A stretch of 64,000 nt of DNA, taken from positions 91,886,001 to 91,950,000 of the forward strand of contig NW_024704743.1 of the NCBI RefSeq assembly GCF_018977255.1. The letters are read 5' to 3'. A program made the position numbers and the translations under genes. The notes beneath the pieces were generated by a model. That model saw nothing but the letters and a program-made list of their open reading frames with translations, was not told the DNA's origin and ran no database searches. The DNA is from Callorhinchus milii. Taxonomy: Eukaryota. How positions within the stretch are numbered: the first letter of the stretch is position 1; each line of letters starts with the position of its first letter. Below, in pieces: positions 1 to 12,454 of this stretch.

Positions 1-21
1 AAGGGGAAACCCAGTCTTTCG

Positions 22-39
22 ATCTCGGTGGAACCTCCA
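22..39 (-). promoter_or_regulatory. Retroviral primer-binding site complementary to tRNA-Gln
   Basis: The + strand ATCTCGGTGGAACCTCCA matches the last 18 nt of vertebrate tRNA-Gln including CCA. The - strand reads TGGAGGTTCCACCGAGAT, 3 nt after an LTR-type ...GACA end at 43. Confidence 0.9.
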
Positions 40-42
40 AAT

Positions 43-928
43 TGTCGAACCCAATTACGATATGCGATTGCTCTTGATGACCTGAAGCACAACAATGGAG
101 TCAGTGCGGCGTTCAATTAACAAGCTTTATTTTCACACATGTGGGGTGTAGTATCGTGGCAACAACTGCTCGTGTGCTGCTCCCAACACTACACACTAAA
201 TGGGAGCAAGCACCTCACCTTTATACAAAATCTTATGGAACTATGAGTCAATCAATAATCATGAGGGGACCCTCTAAATTTGTTACATTTCGATATAGTC
301 TTCCTTGTGACCGGATGTCTGTTTTTACAAAGACAATCACTCTGTCCTTACAATTAAGTACATATAGGAAAAGGACATTTTAAAGAATGACAAATGCTGA
401 TGCTGCTGAATGTTATCTGACCCCAGAACTGATTCTAGACATGACTTCAGGATGCGGTACCGATACTAGACACCTGCTTATCTATCTTTAAACAATGCCA
501 ATCACGAGCATTCGTGACAACTTCATGACAGCATATATTTCACTTAAGGCCAGTGGCCCCCCTGGCCTTTTGCCCTTTTGGTCTTAGGTCCTCACGTCCT
601 GTTCATTTTGCTAACTCTGCAGAATGTGCTGAATTCACCTTCCACACCAGGTCCAATTCAGCATTACCTAAGCTAATTTGTTGCTTAAGGAAACGCAACC
701 TGACACTTTTAGAAACCAAGGTTTCCTCAGGCAATAAGTACCATTTCCAGTTGCGTACAATACTGAAAAGACCTAGTAAAACTAGTAAAGACCGAAGAAC
801 AATGGTCCAGTTAGTCTACAGTGCTTGTAGGACAGCAATCTGACCCGGTATATTAGCGTTGCACTGCCGGCTTTAACATCAGTCGTACCCAAGCTATGAG
901 TAAGCAAAGCTATATGCACACACTTACA
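43..928 (-). mobile_element. 5' LTR of an endogenous retrovirus/LTR element; internal region lies left of the window
   Basis: On the - strand: TATAAA (225-220), AATAAA (131-126), terminal CA (44-43), then the PBS. The right (U3) boundary is uncertain; TGTAAG at 928 is a best guess. Confidence 0.75.
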
Positions 929-1331
929 CAGAGCTCTACTTATCAGAGCGTTGAATGCTGATAATTTTTAATATTAGTGAAGAGCTAATGGATCACCCAA
1001 GAAATTTTATAAATTAAAATTTTAAGTTAAAATCATGTTGATCATCTGCCCATTCCTAGACTGTCCATGACAACCACTATTCCCTGACTTCAGCAAGTCC
1101 ATCTAAAAATAGGATACTCAATCGGTATTGTGTTTGGACTAAACTAAGGTTGTGATTACACTTTCTCCAGGGTTTTATAGTAGATAAGGAATTCATCTCA
1201 TGGATATACTTACCCCCAAACACAAGGTTACACTAACATCCATTTTTGAAACTAATTGTAAATAAATAAACAAGGTCAGTGTAATTGTAACAGCCATGAA
1301 GCAACTCACATTCAAGTTACCATTTAGCATT

Positions 1332-1765
1332 AACAACAACAAGATTCCATTTATAAAGCGCCTTTCACATCAGAAGGACGTCCCAAGGCACTGCACAGTT
1401 GGGTCATGACCCGAACAGGGGGAAATGGTCAGGGTGAGGGGAGGGAAGTGAGGGAGCGAGGAGGGGGAAGAGAGTCGAGAGGGGAGCTGAAGGCTCGGTC
1501 AAAGAGAAAGGTTTTGAGACCGGCCTTGAAGGAGGAAAGGGAGGAAGCGGCGAAGGCACTGGGGGATAGAGTTCCAGAGCCTAGGGGCTGAGAGGCTGAA
1601 AACCCGACCACAGATGGTAGGGCGATTGGGGCGGGGGACGTGGAGCAGACCGGAGCCAGAGGAACGGAGGGTACGGGCAGGTAGGTAGGGGGATAGTAGG
1701 TTGGAGAGGTAGGAGGGAGCAAGGCCGTGAATGGCCTTGTAGGTGAGGATGAGGATCTTGAAATC
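1332..1765 (-). mobile_element. L2-clade LINE 3' fragment, (TTG)n tail
   Basis: ORF2 C-terminal remnants (FKIL, FKAGLKTFLF), 3' stem-loop and (AAC)n on +. The tail is nearly identical to 63095-63245. Confidence 0.9.
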
Positions 1766-2019
1766 AAACAGGGTGAAATAGCACAGATCAGCTTCAGAGT
1801 TCTAATGCTGCACTAAACACTATTGTTTGGCTAATATTTTTTAATTCATAAAAAACTATGGTACAAAGCACTCATATGCTTCCCATTAGAGTTTATTAAA
1901 ATAAATCATCACCTTCTGAATCCATCTCAAACATTTCAGTCTAACTTAACTGAGTTATGTCTCCACTTCATAGCTACATCTCCACAAATTGTCTCACTTT
2001 TATAATTTTTAGTAGACAG

Positions 2020-2200
2020 TTCTCGGAATGAGATGTTAAACCAAGGCTCCATCTGCCTATTCAGGTGGACATTAAAGATCCCATGACTCTATTCGAAGAA
2101 AGTTTCTTTGTGTGTCCTGCCCAACAATTCCACAGGCTTCCTGACTGAAATTTTGCTATGCACAAATTGATTGCCAAGTTTGCCCACAAATACACTTGAC
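2020..2200 (+). mobile_element. Deu-domain SINE fragment
   Basis: GAGATGTTAAACCAAGG...TTCAGGTGGACATTAAAGATCCCATG is shared with the fuller copies at 27555 and 33560. Confidence 0.75.
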
Positions 2201-3996
2201 AGAAAGTGTTTTTTGATGTTTTGATGTTAAGGATTATATTTATTATATTACATGCCAGAATTATTACATTTTTAGTACATACCTCATATTCAAGACTCAA
2301 AGACAGTCAATAATTTTTTCAGCAAATTTCCTTCTTTAACTCACCCAGACCCATCTTTTAAAACATTTCCTATTGTTATGTTTCTGTTAATTGAGTCGGC
2401 TTTCTTAGGTAAGAAAGGACCTCAAGTGTTGCTGAGTTTCAGTAGGATCCTGAAGCGATTGTTACAAGATAGTTACAACTGAAGTAAATGTCCATGATGA
2501 ATTGCTAAAGATATTTTAGTTCATTGCTTCTGCTTATTGAGGCTACAAGGTTAGTGTGAATGATGAAGGATCAGATTCAAACCTAGGATATCCTAATATT
2601 CCACAATCTCTTCTATTATTTTCAACCTTGGTGATAAATCAGGATCAAATTACATGGTATTGGTCTTTTAATGGATGTTTTAACTTTTTTTGAATTTCTC
2701 CCTCTTCAATGACCATGGCCCTTAAATCCTTAGTTTCTCATTAAATATTTGCCTGAAGACAACTTTGGGTAACACAAGTCATTTAATCCATTGACCTGCT
2801 GCTGATCTTTTTAACTCACCTCTTTAAGTCTGAGTATTGCACATTTCTTTGTGAATTTCAATACACACATACCTTACATGCATGTTCAGACTCACACAGG
2901 GGCCCTCAATCCTGCAAAATAACCAACAATGAAAAGGATTTTGGTTGCCTAGTGTCAAACCGAGTTATCAACAAATTATTTGATCCTCAGGTAGGGTTGT
3001 AGTAGAGCTACATTTGGTCTAAGCTATGGAGAGGGAAATTAACCAGAGCTCTCATCAGCATGCAGTTACCATAACTAAAAGATATGAACATCCTCCTGAC
3101 ATGAAAGGCACTTTACAAATGTAATTTGTTGTTGTTATTGTTGTGTGAGTACAAGGACAAAATTGAATGGTCTACTTGAATTCATCATCGATGCTCACAA
3201 TATCATGGTTATTTTGGTCTGGAAGTGGAATGTGCTTGTGAAGATATGGTTCAGATCCACATTGTCCTTTGACAATTTGGGGCCTAGAAGAGTTATGGGG
3301 GAATTGGGGTTTGTCTGCAGGGACAACCCTTGTTTCCTAAGTGGAACATTTCAATCTCATTCGGTTAATGAGAGTGAGCAGGCCTAAACTCGTTCACCAA
3401 TAAAAAAAAGTGGAGTGCAACCAGAAGAATCAAGCACAAGTCAGCACCTTCAGAAGAAGAAGAAAGAAAATAGCAGGCGGAGGGGGAAATAGGACTGATT
3501 GACTGACAGATAACGGGGATATTAAGGAGATTATCATAAAATGACAATGCTGGACAGTCCCAGATGAGGTTTTGTGCCTTACATCTCATGAAACTTTGCC
3601 AGAGAACCTTTTTAATGTGCAGGCATTGCATGTGTAACAGTTGTATTTTGATACCGTAGCAAATTTTTTAACTGCTATTTACTGTGTTGTGTTTTGCTAA
3701 TTGCAAACTAATTGAACTAGCCTGATTAAGCATATCAAGGACATTCTTGGCAATGACATCAATCTGTAGTTAACATTACTGTTTTAGCTAATTCACTATA
3801 AAATAGTCGTCTGCTGCATTCCAACACAGAACTGGCTTTCCTCTTCGAGGGAGGATAACTATGTGATTTATTAAAATGGACATAGGTTTTACAACAACAA
3901 CAGGTTTTAATTACAAAAGTCACTTGTCAATTAATTTTCTTTGTTTTGAGTTAAAACATTTTGGGGACTTTTATGCAGACAATTTACCCCTGACTC

Positions 3997-4550
3997 AGGG
4001 TAGGGATTCTTCCTACACACCTCCTGTTAAGCCTGCAAGTCAAAGATCCAGTGTGTAGGGTGATTCTAGCTGTATGAACAACATGAGACTTACTAAACAG
4101 TACTCTGAATAGCAAGTTACATGGTTTTAGCTGGTTAAAATCCAACAGTACCACATTGTACACTCTGCGATCCCCAAGCCTTAACTCTCACCAACCTGTG
4201 GCTAAACCTTTCTGAAATTGGTAATCAGGGTGTGTCCTTCCAGGCAGAGAGTGTGTTTTCATTCAAAATATGATGATTTCCATGCATCGGTGGAAAACAT
4301 GGAACTCTCAGAGTCCGGTTTGGACACTCTGAAGTATGGTGATAGGTTTCTGCATTTGTCAGACATCTGGCTGACCAAGCGAACGTGCCATAAAAAGGCA
4401 AATTTTCATCTATAAGTGACATACATATATGGAACACACTCAGTCTGTGGTGTTGCCAGCAGTGCCCTGAGATACTGCGGACCAACCTGGTTCAAGAAAC
4501 GGACTACCGAGACTGCCACAACGGGTTGGTCTGATTCTATCATTCTGTGG
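3997..4550 (+). repeat. Unclassified interspersed repeat 'family X'
   Basis: Aligns by eye with 8447-8865, 31808-32160 and 48148-49925 (TCCTGTTAA...GGTTTTAGCTGGTTA...GGTTTGGA...GCTGACC). Confidence 0.75.
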
Positions 4551-4682
4551 CCAAATATGTCACTTTGGAGCCAAGTAAGCTCCAAGTAGACCTGCTTGCC
4601 TCCTCCCCCAGGCAGGATAGTTATTAGTTAGCCATTTGACATCTGATAATCAAGGGTTTGAGCCCTCACTAGGTGGATGATA

Positions 4683-5110
4683 GGTAGGTACCAGGATCTC
4701 CCTGCAAGTTTCCTGGTATGCATCACATTTCAGAATGTAATACATGAGAGCATTGCCATCATCTTCCTGTCTGCAGCTCAGGCACATGTCCTTTCCCATT
4801 GAGCAATGGTTTCATCATTTGGAGGTGCAGTGTTGAAGCAGCAGCTGCTTACCTCTCTGCGGGCCAATCAAGGTGAATTCCAGGCGCTGGACATACAAAT
4901 TTCTGTTCAAGAACTTGGGCACCAGGTAACTCCTTCAAGCAGCTGTCATCCCCAGACCTCAGAGTTTCCTCATAAGCTATCTGGCAGACACCTGCCTTCA
5001 GTGTGGTGAGCGGACCTTTACAGAATAGCTTGTGAGGTGCTAGTCAACTTGTTGTTTCAAAGTCCACATGCCATGTACCAGGTTTACTTAGCACCAGCTG
5101 CTTAATCCAG
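4683..5110 (-). mobile_element. Degraded non-LTR retrotransposon C-terminus with CCHC-like motif
   Basis: The - strand at about 4787-4687 translates to MCLSCRQEDDGNALMYYILKCDAYQETCREILVP, a CxxC..(H>Y)xxxxC..Y pattern. Confidence 0.4.
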
Positions 5111-5115
5111 GTCCT

Positions 5116-6068
5116 CATAAGAACATAAGAATCAGGAGCAGGAGTAGGCCATTCGGCCCCTCGAGCCTGCCCCGCCATTTGATAAGATTGTGGCTGACCT
5201 TCAGACCTAACTCTAATTATCTGCCCTATCTCCATATCCCCTAATCCCTCTATTTTTAAAAAATCTTATCAGTCTCAGCCTTGAAGATGTTCAAGGACTG
5301 AGCATCTACAGCCTTCTGGGGTAGTGAATTCCATAAATTCTTCAACTCTGTTCTAAAAGGCTGACCCTTAATTTTAAGACTGTGACCCCTGGATATAGAT
5401 TCTCCTACCAGGGGAACAGTCCCTCAGTGTCTACTTTATCAGCCCTTTAAGAATCTTATATGTTTCAATAAGATCTCCCCTAATTCTTCTGTACTCTAGA
5501 GAATACAGCCCTAGTTTATTCAGCCTATCCTCATAGGTCAGTCCCCTCATCCCAGGAACTAACCTAGTGAATCTACGGTGCAACCCCTCTAGGGCAAGTA
5601 TGTCCTTTTTTAAATAAGGAGATCAAAACTGCACACAATACTCTAGGTGCGGTCTCACCAAGGCCCTATACAGTTGCAGCAAGACTTCCCTACTCTTGTA
5701 CTCTAAACCTTTTGCAACAAATGCTAACATACCATTTCGCCTTCTTAGTTGCTTGCTGCACCTGCAAACTAACTTTTTGAGGCTGGTTTACAAGGACACC
5801 CAAATCCCTCTGAACACTAACACTATCTAATCTCTCCCCCTCTAGAAAATAATCTGTTTTTCTACCTAGGTGAATAACTTCACACTTCCCCACATTAAAT
5901 TCCATCTGCCACCTACTCGCCCACTCCCCTAGCCTATCTATATCCCGTTGCAATCTTTTTGCATCATCCTCAGAGCTTACTCTCCCACCTAGTTTAGTGT
6001 CATCCGCGAATTTAGATACGTTACATTCAATGACCTCGTCTAGATCATTGATGTAAATTGTAAATAGC
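5116..6068 (-). mobile_element. CR1-clade LINE 3' fragment (RT C-terminal half to tail)
   Basis: LFTIYINDLD...SKFADDTKLGG...QMEFNVGKCEVIHLG...RDLGV; frameshifted; TTCTTATG-type tail at 5116-5130. Confidence 0.95.
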
Positions 6069-7739
6069 TTCATGTTAGGGGCTTTGGCAAATAGACACGG
6101 CTGCTGTGAAGCCAATTCCACCCTCAGGTGGTTAATGTCAGGTCAGTGTAGCCTGAAGCCCTCCCTCCCAGCAGCCACTCCCCAGGAAAGGTTCAAACAT
6201 TGTAATCTCTTTAAACTCAGTTAATCATTGCAAACCACTAGATGTCTATTCTCATTCAGTGCAAGGTTATCTGAACCTGCTCAACAAATTGACTCTGGAC
6301 TTTGTAATCAACCCTGTGAATTTCCTGATCTCACTGACATGAATTGATCAGTTAGTGATTGAGGCATCAGCATACTTAAAAAAATGACTTGCTGAATTGT
6401 GGAGGAATTAAAGTTAAATTGATTTCAGGCAAAAAAAAATATCATTTAGACAGACCTGGAACATGAGGTTGGCGGAGAGACATGAGTGTGTTTGTAAATA
6501 AGAGAGAGGACATAAAATATTTTTATCCATTACACAAAACTCTTCCACCTCCAAAATGCTTTGAAGCATCCTTCTGACGTGAAAGTCGCTATATCAAATG
6601 TAAGGACTATTATTATTAACCCTTTTTGATAAATGCTTTAGTTAAAATCTACACAGAACTAAATAGAAGTGTGGCAATCGCTTAAACCTTGTTAACATTC
6701 ACTCCTTCTAACCCTTGATTAAATATTTTGTTTTAATCGACTAGTAATTAGAATTTAAAAGGTTCGCTGTTTGCTCATGGATTTGACTGCAATGGCAGAG
6801 CTGATATCCAGTTCATGTTATTCCTTTTATTATCCCTGAGACAGATTCTTCCTCTTCATCACCTTCTGGTACTGATGTTGATTTATGACTCGCACTGGCT
6901 TCTGTCATAGCCGCAAATTTTAGTTGTATCTTTGTTCTGTCAAGTTTGCTTGTTTCACTGTTAGAACTCCTCAGCTCCAGTACTGTTAGTGAGTTCAGAT
7001 GTGGTCATTCTCAATCCCTGACTCCATCGTGCCAAGTTCTAGCCAATATATAAGTGACAGTGGGATAATTTCCTCCTTCACTCAGCACAGAGCACCAACA
7101 TATGCACTGTGAGCAGCAGGGCTAATTGCTTTCTCCATTTTGAGTAACCATCCTTCATCAATATACACTTGACAGCTTGGTTTAACTGCCATGCTACTGA
7201 ATGTCACATATTACAGCTGTGCAAATCAGCATTCTGGCCAGAAGCAGATTTTCAGCAAGCAGCACTGGCAAAAAAATATCTTCTTCCCAGGTTTGGATGT
7301 TTTCCCTCCTGCATCTTAAGATTATTGCAATAAATGCCTGCCCAGTTTATACTAGCAAGATAACACTCATGTATTATATTGGCATGATCTTCCTATTCTA
7401 AGCCCAATTGGATGCACTAATAGTTTTCTGAATATATTCAGCAAACTGAGGCTAACCATATGAGGGAGATGAATTAAATACCGTTGGCTATGATCCTTTG
7501 GGTGCCTCAATGATCCTGCTATTTGGACTGCATGTGTGATTCCATACAATGCTGCACTTTGTTGTTTCTTCCAGTCAATTCCCTTAATGATGCCAGCTGC
7601 ATTCATGGACAATTGCTTTGGAAAACAACAACACAAATCAGAATGGAAATCAGAGAAGAAATGTTAACCCTTAGACAGCCAGCAGTTTCTGGGAGTTGAA
7701 GGTTCTCTGAGCTGACTATTCTAAGGTTCTCACGCTGCC

Positions 7740-8128
7740 AATAATAATATTTACAATAATCCTTACATTTAATATAGCGCCTTATATTGTCAACACATCT
7801 CAAAGTACTTCACAGGATATATTGTAAAATGAAGTTACTACATATTTTGTAGTCAAATGAAGCAGTCAATTTGCACTCAGCAATGTCCCACAAACAGCAA
7901 TGAAGTGAATGATCAATTTTATCTGGAAGATTGTTGGACCACCTGAATAGGCAGATAGGACCCTGGGTTAACATCTCATCTGAAGGAAGGCACCTCTGAC
8001 AATGCAGCTCTCCCCAGACTGTATTGAAGTGTCAGTCTACTCTCTGAGTTTAAAGTCCCTGTGTGGGACTGAACCCACAATCTTCTGACTCTGCAATAGA
8101 AGTCCTACCAACTGAGTCAGGCTGAGAC
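7740..8128 (-). mobile_element. Old tRNA-head Deu-domain SINE
   Basis: Has head (CTCAGTTGGTAGG...GAGTCAGAAG), Deu core and an L2-like (TTA)n tail. Confidence 0.8.
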
Positions 8129-8361
8129 CTGTTACTGAGCTATTGAAATGCCAGCAGTTGCTTTATTGCCGTAACAATAACCCTGTTACCAAACTAAAAA
8201 TTAAATAACAATTTTCAATAAAATTTTAACTGTCTCATTTCTACTTACCCTGTCCTTTTCCCCTCTTTTTTAATTGTACATATCTATACACTGAAATACA
8301 CTATTCTAACTGTTCAAACGACTTCTTTTTTTAAAAAAACTTGAATACAGCTATCATCATT

Positions 8362-9180
8362 GTTCAGCCTCGCTCAGTTGGTAGGAGTCTCACTTCTGAG
8401 GCAGCAAGTGATAAATTCAAGCTCCCCCGATAGGATTGAACACTGAGTTCCCAGAGCAGTATATTGTGGTTTTAGCTGGTTAGACTCCAGCACACAGGTC
8501 CCCAAGCCTTGGCTCTTGCCAATCTGCACCTATACTTTCCGGAATTAGGTAAGCAGGATGCGTCCCTCCAGGAATAAAGTGGTCATCTCATTCCAACAAT
8601 CTATCTCTGGGATTTCCATTCTATTCTGTTCTGTTCATTCCTATTCGACCGTGATTACGGCCACTTCCCACCTCCCCCCGGCTCGGAGTCAGGCTTTGCC
8701 ACTGTTAAGCGCTTTGAGACGCTACCCTGTGTGGAGGACGCTATATAAGTGAAAGTTGTTGTTGTTGTTCCACATGTAGATGGGATGCATGAAAATCTCA
8801 GCTTGGTTGGATACTCTTAAGCATGGTGATGGGTTTCCGCATATGTTAGACATCCGGCTGACTAAAGAAAAATGTATAGGCTGAGACTGCAGTGCAGTGG
8901 TGGGGGAATGCTGCATTGTCAGCAGTGTTGACTTCAGGGGAGATGTTAAGATGATGGCTGCATGATAGGTGGCAGATGTTAAAGATCACGTGACATTATT
9001 TGAAAATAAATGAGATTTTCTCACAGGATGTACAGCATTTGATCATTCACCTCATGGCTGTCCTTGTTGTATGAAAATTCAGTGTTGCACCTGCCTACAA
9101 ATACACAATCGCTACAACTGATAGAAATTGTTTGTAAAGCCTCCGACATTACATGCTTTATGTCAAATGCAAGGGTTATT
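8362..9180 (+). mobile_element. Nest: old Deu-SINE interrupted by family X (8447-8865), itself interrupted by an L2 tail (8619-8767)
   Basis: The SINE head at 8362-8447 resumes at about 8870. The X halves rejoin across the L2 tail, with TTCCA repeated at 8614-8618 and 8768-8772. Confidence 0.75.
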
Positions 9181-9545
9181 ATACATTGTACATCCTATAA
9201 GGAGCTAGTGTTCCATTAAAAAAGCACATGTTGGGAAAGTGTTTTTTCTGGTGTGAAGCGCCAATTCGCTAATGGTTTTCAGTGCTGAGATGCTTTTCTG
9301 CATGAAGGGAGCTGTATAAATGCACTTTTGGTGTTCATGGTTTTCAGATGAATGCTTTTTCAACCCAGTTGCAAATTCCTGTTTCTGATTTAGTGAAAAC
9401 TACCTCTGAAGTGTTTTTTTCCTCTCAGCTTATCGAAGCCTGGAAATGTAAAGAATAGTATATTTGCATGATAACAATAATGCCTTGTGACAATAATTAC
9501 CTATTTTGCAGATGTCACAAATTAAAAGGCTCTAGAGATTCACAT

Positions 9546-10024
9546 CAACAACAACTTGCACTTGTATAGCCCCTCCGTGCAGGGTAGCGTCACAGAGCCT
9601 TAGCATTGGCAGAGCCTGACTCCGAACCGGGGTGGGTGGGGGAGGTGGCCATAGGCACTGTCACAAAGGAAGGTTTTCAGGGAGGACTTGAAAAGGGGGA
9701 GAGAGGGGGCAAGGTGGAGGGATTGAGGGAGAGTGTTCCAGAGTTTCGAGGCATAGTGGCATAGTGGCTGAAAACGTGACCTCCGATGGTGGGGCCGAGG
9801 TTATGACGGGCAAGAAGGTGCCAGTTGTGCAGAGGTGCAGGGTGGTGGTTTGGGGAGTGAGGAGGTCGGAGAGGTAGGGAGGTGCCAGGGAGTGAAGGGA
9901 TTTGAACACAAGTGTGAGGATCTTGAAGTCGATCCATTCGGAGCTGGGGAGCCAGTGGAGCCTGGTCAGAACTGGTGAGATGTGGGGTACGGAGTTTGGT
10001 CCGGATAAGTATGTGGGTGGCAGA
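9546..10024 (-). mobile_element. L2 LINE 3' fragment
   Basis: ISPVLTRLHWLP...IDFKILTLVFKSLHSLAPPYLSDLL; (AAC)n tail on +. Confidence 0.9.
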
Positions 10025-11499
10025 TAACCAGAAGTTGCAATAAAGCCATTGAATCCAGTTTGCAAATATTAATAATTGAATCCCAGTGCAGACAAAATTA
10101 GGTCAACTTTTGACATGGTTTGTATGAGTCAATATCTCTGCTGCTTGCTAATTTACCTCATCACAGCCCCACTGGCTGTTTGTGCTTTCATAAACTCACA
10201 CGTTGCAGCACTAGAAAGATAAAGTTAATGATGGTTCTTTTAATCTCTATAGTTTTGAGAGGGACACTCATGGTGAAGCTTCTATCCCATTTGTCCAAGG
10301 TTGCACAATTTCCTCAACAAGGGGGACCTTTAATTAGATCTTTGCCTGACCTTCAGTAAGACCTTAACAAGCTTTAGAGTTCCAGCATATTTATTTCAAT
10401 TGTTTTTAAGGTTGAATGTGCAGTTAGACGAATGCCTGGGGAGCTTTTAGAATTATTGCACATCAAAGATGGGAATGAGGATGTGGTATTTGCAAACCCC
10501 AAATTGATGTACTAAAATGATTGGTTTGTGACTGAGATTAAGGGATTAGCTACAAAGGTCACTTAAAAAAGGAGGGAAAATTGTAATCATAAGAGTCAGC
10601 AAAAAGGCTATTTAGTTGCTTGTATTTTGCACTCCAAACCTTCGTCTGAAGTATTAGGGCCTTTTCTCTAACAACAAATGGACAAAAGTAAAATGCTGCC
10701 CACTTTCATGTTTGTAAACACTAACATTTTCAACTCTCATGTCACTATAGTTTGTGTTATCAGGAAACTAACCTATGCATAACATTACTCACCAAAGATG
10801 CACAGTTACTACAGTTAACAGTAAAATCCTATAAAATACTTTGAAACATCTCAATACCTTGATAAGGTGCTATACCAAATGCAACAATTATTATTTTTAT
10901 AATTTTTACAAAATCAATGGTAAATTTTAATGATGTGATAAATTTTTCTCCCATATGGGGACAAGACATCCAAACCAAAGAAGATTAAATTCAACTTCAA
11001 TTTCATTCTTAAAAAGAACCGCTTTCCAAATTAAGATTGAATTTAACAATTTTCCACAATTCACTGGCATCTTAACATTGAAGACAAAATGCCTTACAGA
11101 TTAAGACAAGATGATATTTCAAAGCTTTCAGGCTCATGTCTGCTAACAAAACGTAATTTAGACTAATCAACTCAATTAACAATTCTGTACACTCACACTT
11201 TCACTGAATGAAGATGATATTTGGACAGTAATTTAATTTAGAGTTAGAAGAGATTAATTAGTTACATTTTATTTCTAGCTCTTCCTGCTGAATAAGCTTA
11301 CTGCTTGAGTTCCACATGTTGTTTCCAACTGATAGAGCTCCCAAAGGACTACACACATACCCAAAAAAGTATTTGACAACTCCTTTTTGCTTATTTCTGA
11401 ATATGCATAATGCAGTGGCATGAATCACATGGAAACAGATTGTGTCTGTTTCAAGTGAGATTCACTACTAGCGACTTGGTTCTGGAGGGGAATTGTACT

Positions 11500-11750
11500 A
11501 GTCAGTGGGTTCATCACCTCCAGGCTCGACTATGCTTATAGCCTGATTGTCAGTCTCACCAGCTGCAGACCATCCAAAAGTCTGCAGCACGTGTCACCTC
11601 CCACACCAGTCTCCATGAGCCTATTACCTCCACCTTCGCTCAGCTCCACTGGCTTCCTATCCCCAGCAGATTGAATTCCACATCCTTGTCTTCACTTTTA
11701 AATGCCTCCTCAGCCTTACTCCGTCCAACTTCTGCGATCTCCCAACTGCC
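11500..11750 (+). mobile_element. Degraded L2 fragment
   Basis: CACCTCCAGGCTCGACTAT...CAGCTCCACTGGCTTCC (SRLDY and LHWLP motifs). Confidence 0.7.
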
Positions 11751-12454
11751 TTCCACCACTCATTCTTCCTCACCATCAATGGGCATTCTGCCCCTGATCT
11801 CTGCAACTTCATCGCAGACTCCCTCTACCTTTCTCACTAATGGGTACAAATTCTGTGCAGCATCAGTCACAACCCCTTCGGCCACGTGTGATTCTCATCG
11901 GAAATGCCATTGAAAGTCAACATTACCAAACGTGATGTGTGTAATGTTAAATGGAATCCTTTACGACTATATACCTGTTATATATCCAACAGAATGTGTC
12001 AACGTTTGATACGATGGGCTGAGTGGTCTTCTTCTGTGCTGTGAATATCTTTATCTATTGAGATATTTACATATTTAACCAGGCATGAGTGACTGAGTTG
12101 AGAATTAATTGTCAAATTCTGTGCATGAGTGAATGTTGGATGTAATAATAATAATAATAATAATCCTTGCATTTGATATAGAGCTTTTCACGTCTTCTAG
12201 ACAACTCAAAGCACTTCACAGAATATACTGTAAAGTGAATTGACTGTATATTTGTGGGCGAAATGATGAACCATTTTATCATGGTCTTATTCCTGTTTTA
12301 TCAATATTACTAGCTGGTAATTGCTCCTCTAAACTTCTCCAATTTCTCTAAGGTTTAAATATAACATCCTGGACTTTCTCCCCCATCTTCCAAACTCATC
12401 CTGCCACCTCCTGCTGTACCTCCTGCTGCAACTTCCTCAAAATTTATAAAGTTT

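Noticed and set aside
22..39. tRNA-Gln gene fragment
   Set aside because: Only the last 18 nt are present, including CCA, and they abut an LTR end. This fits a PBS better.
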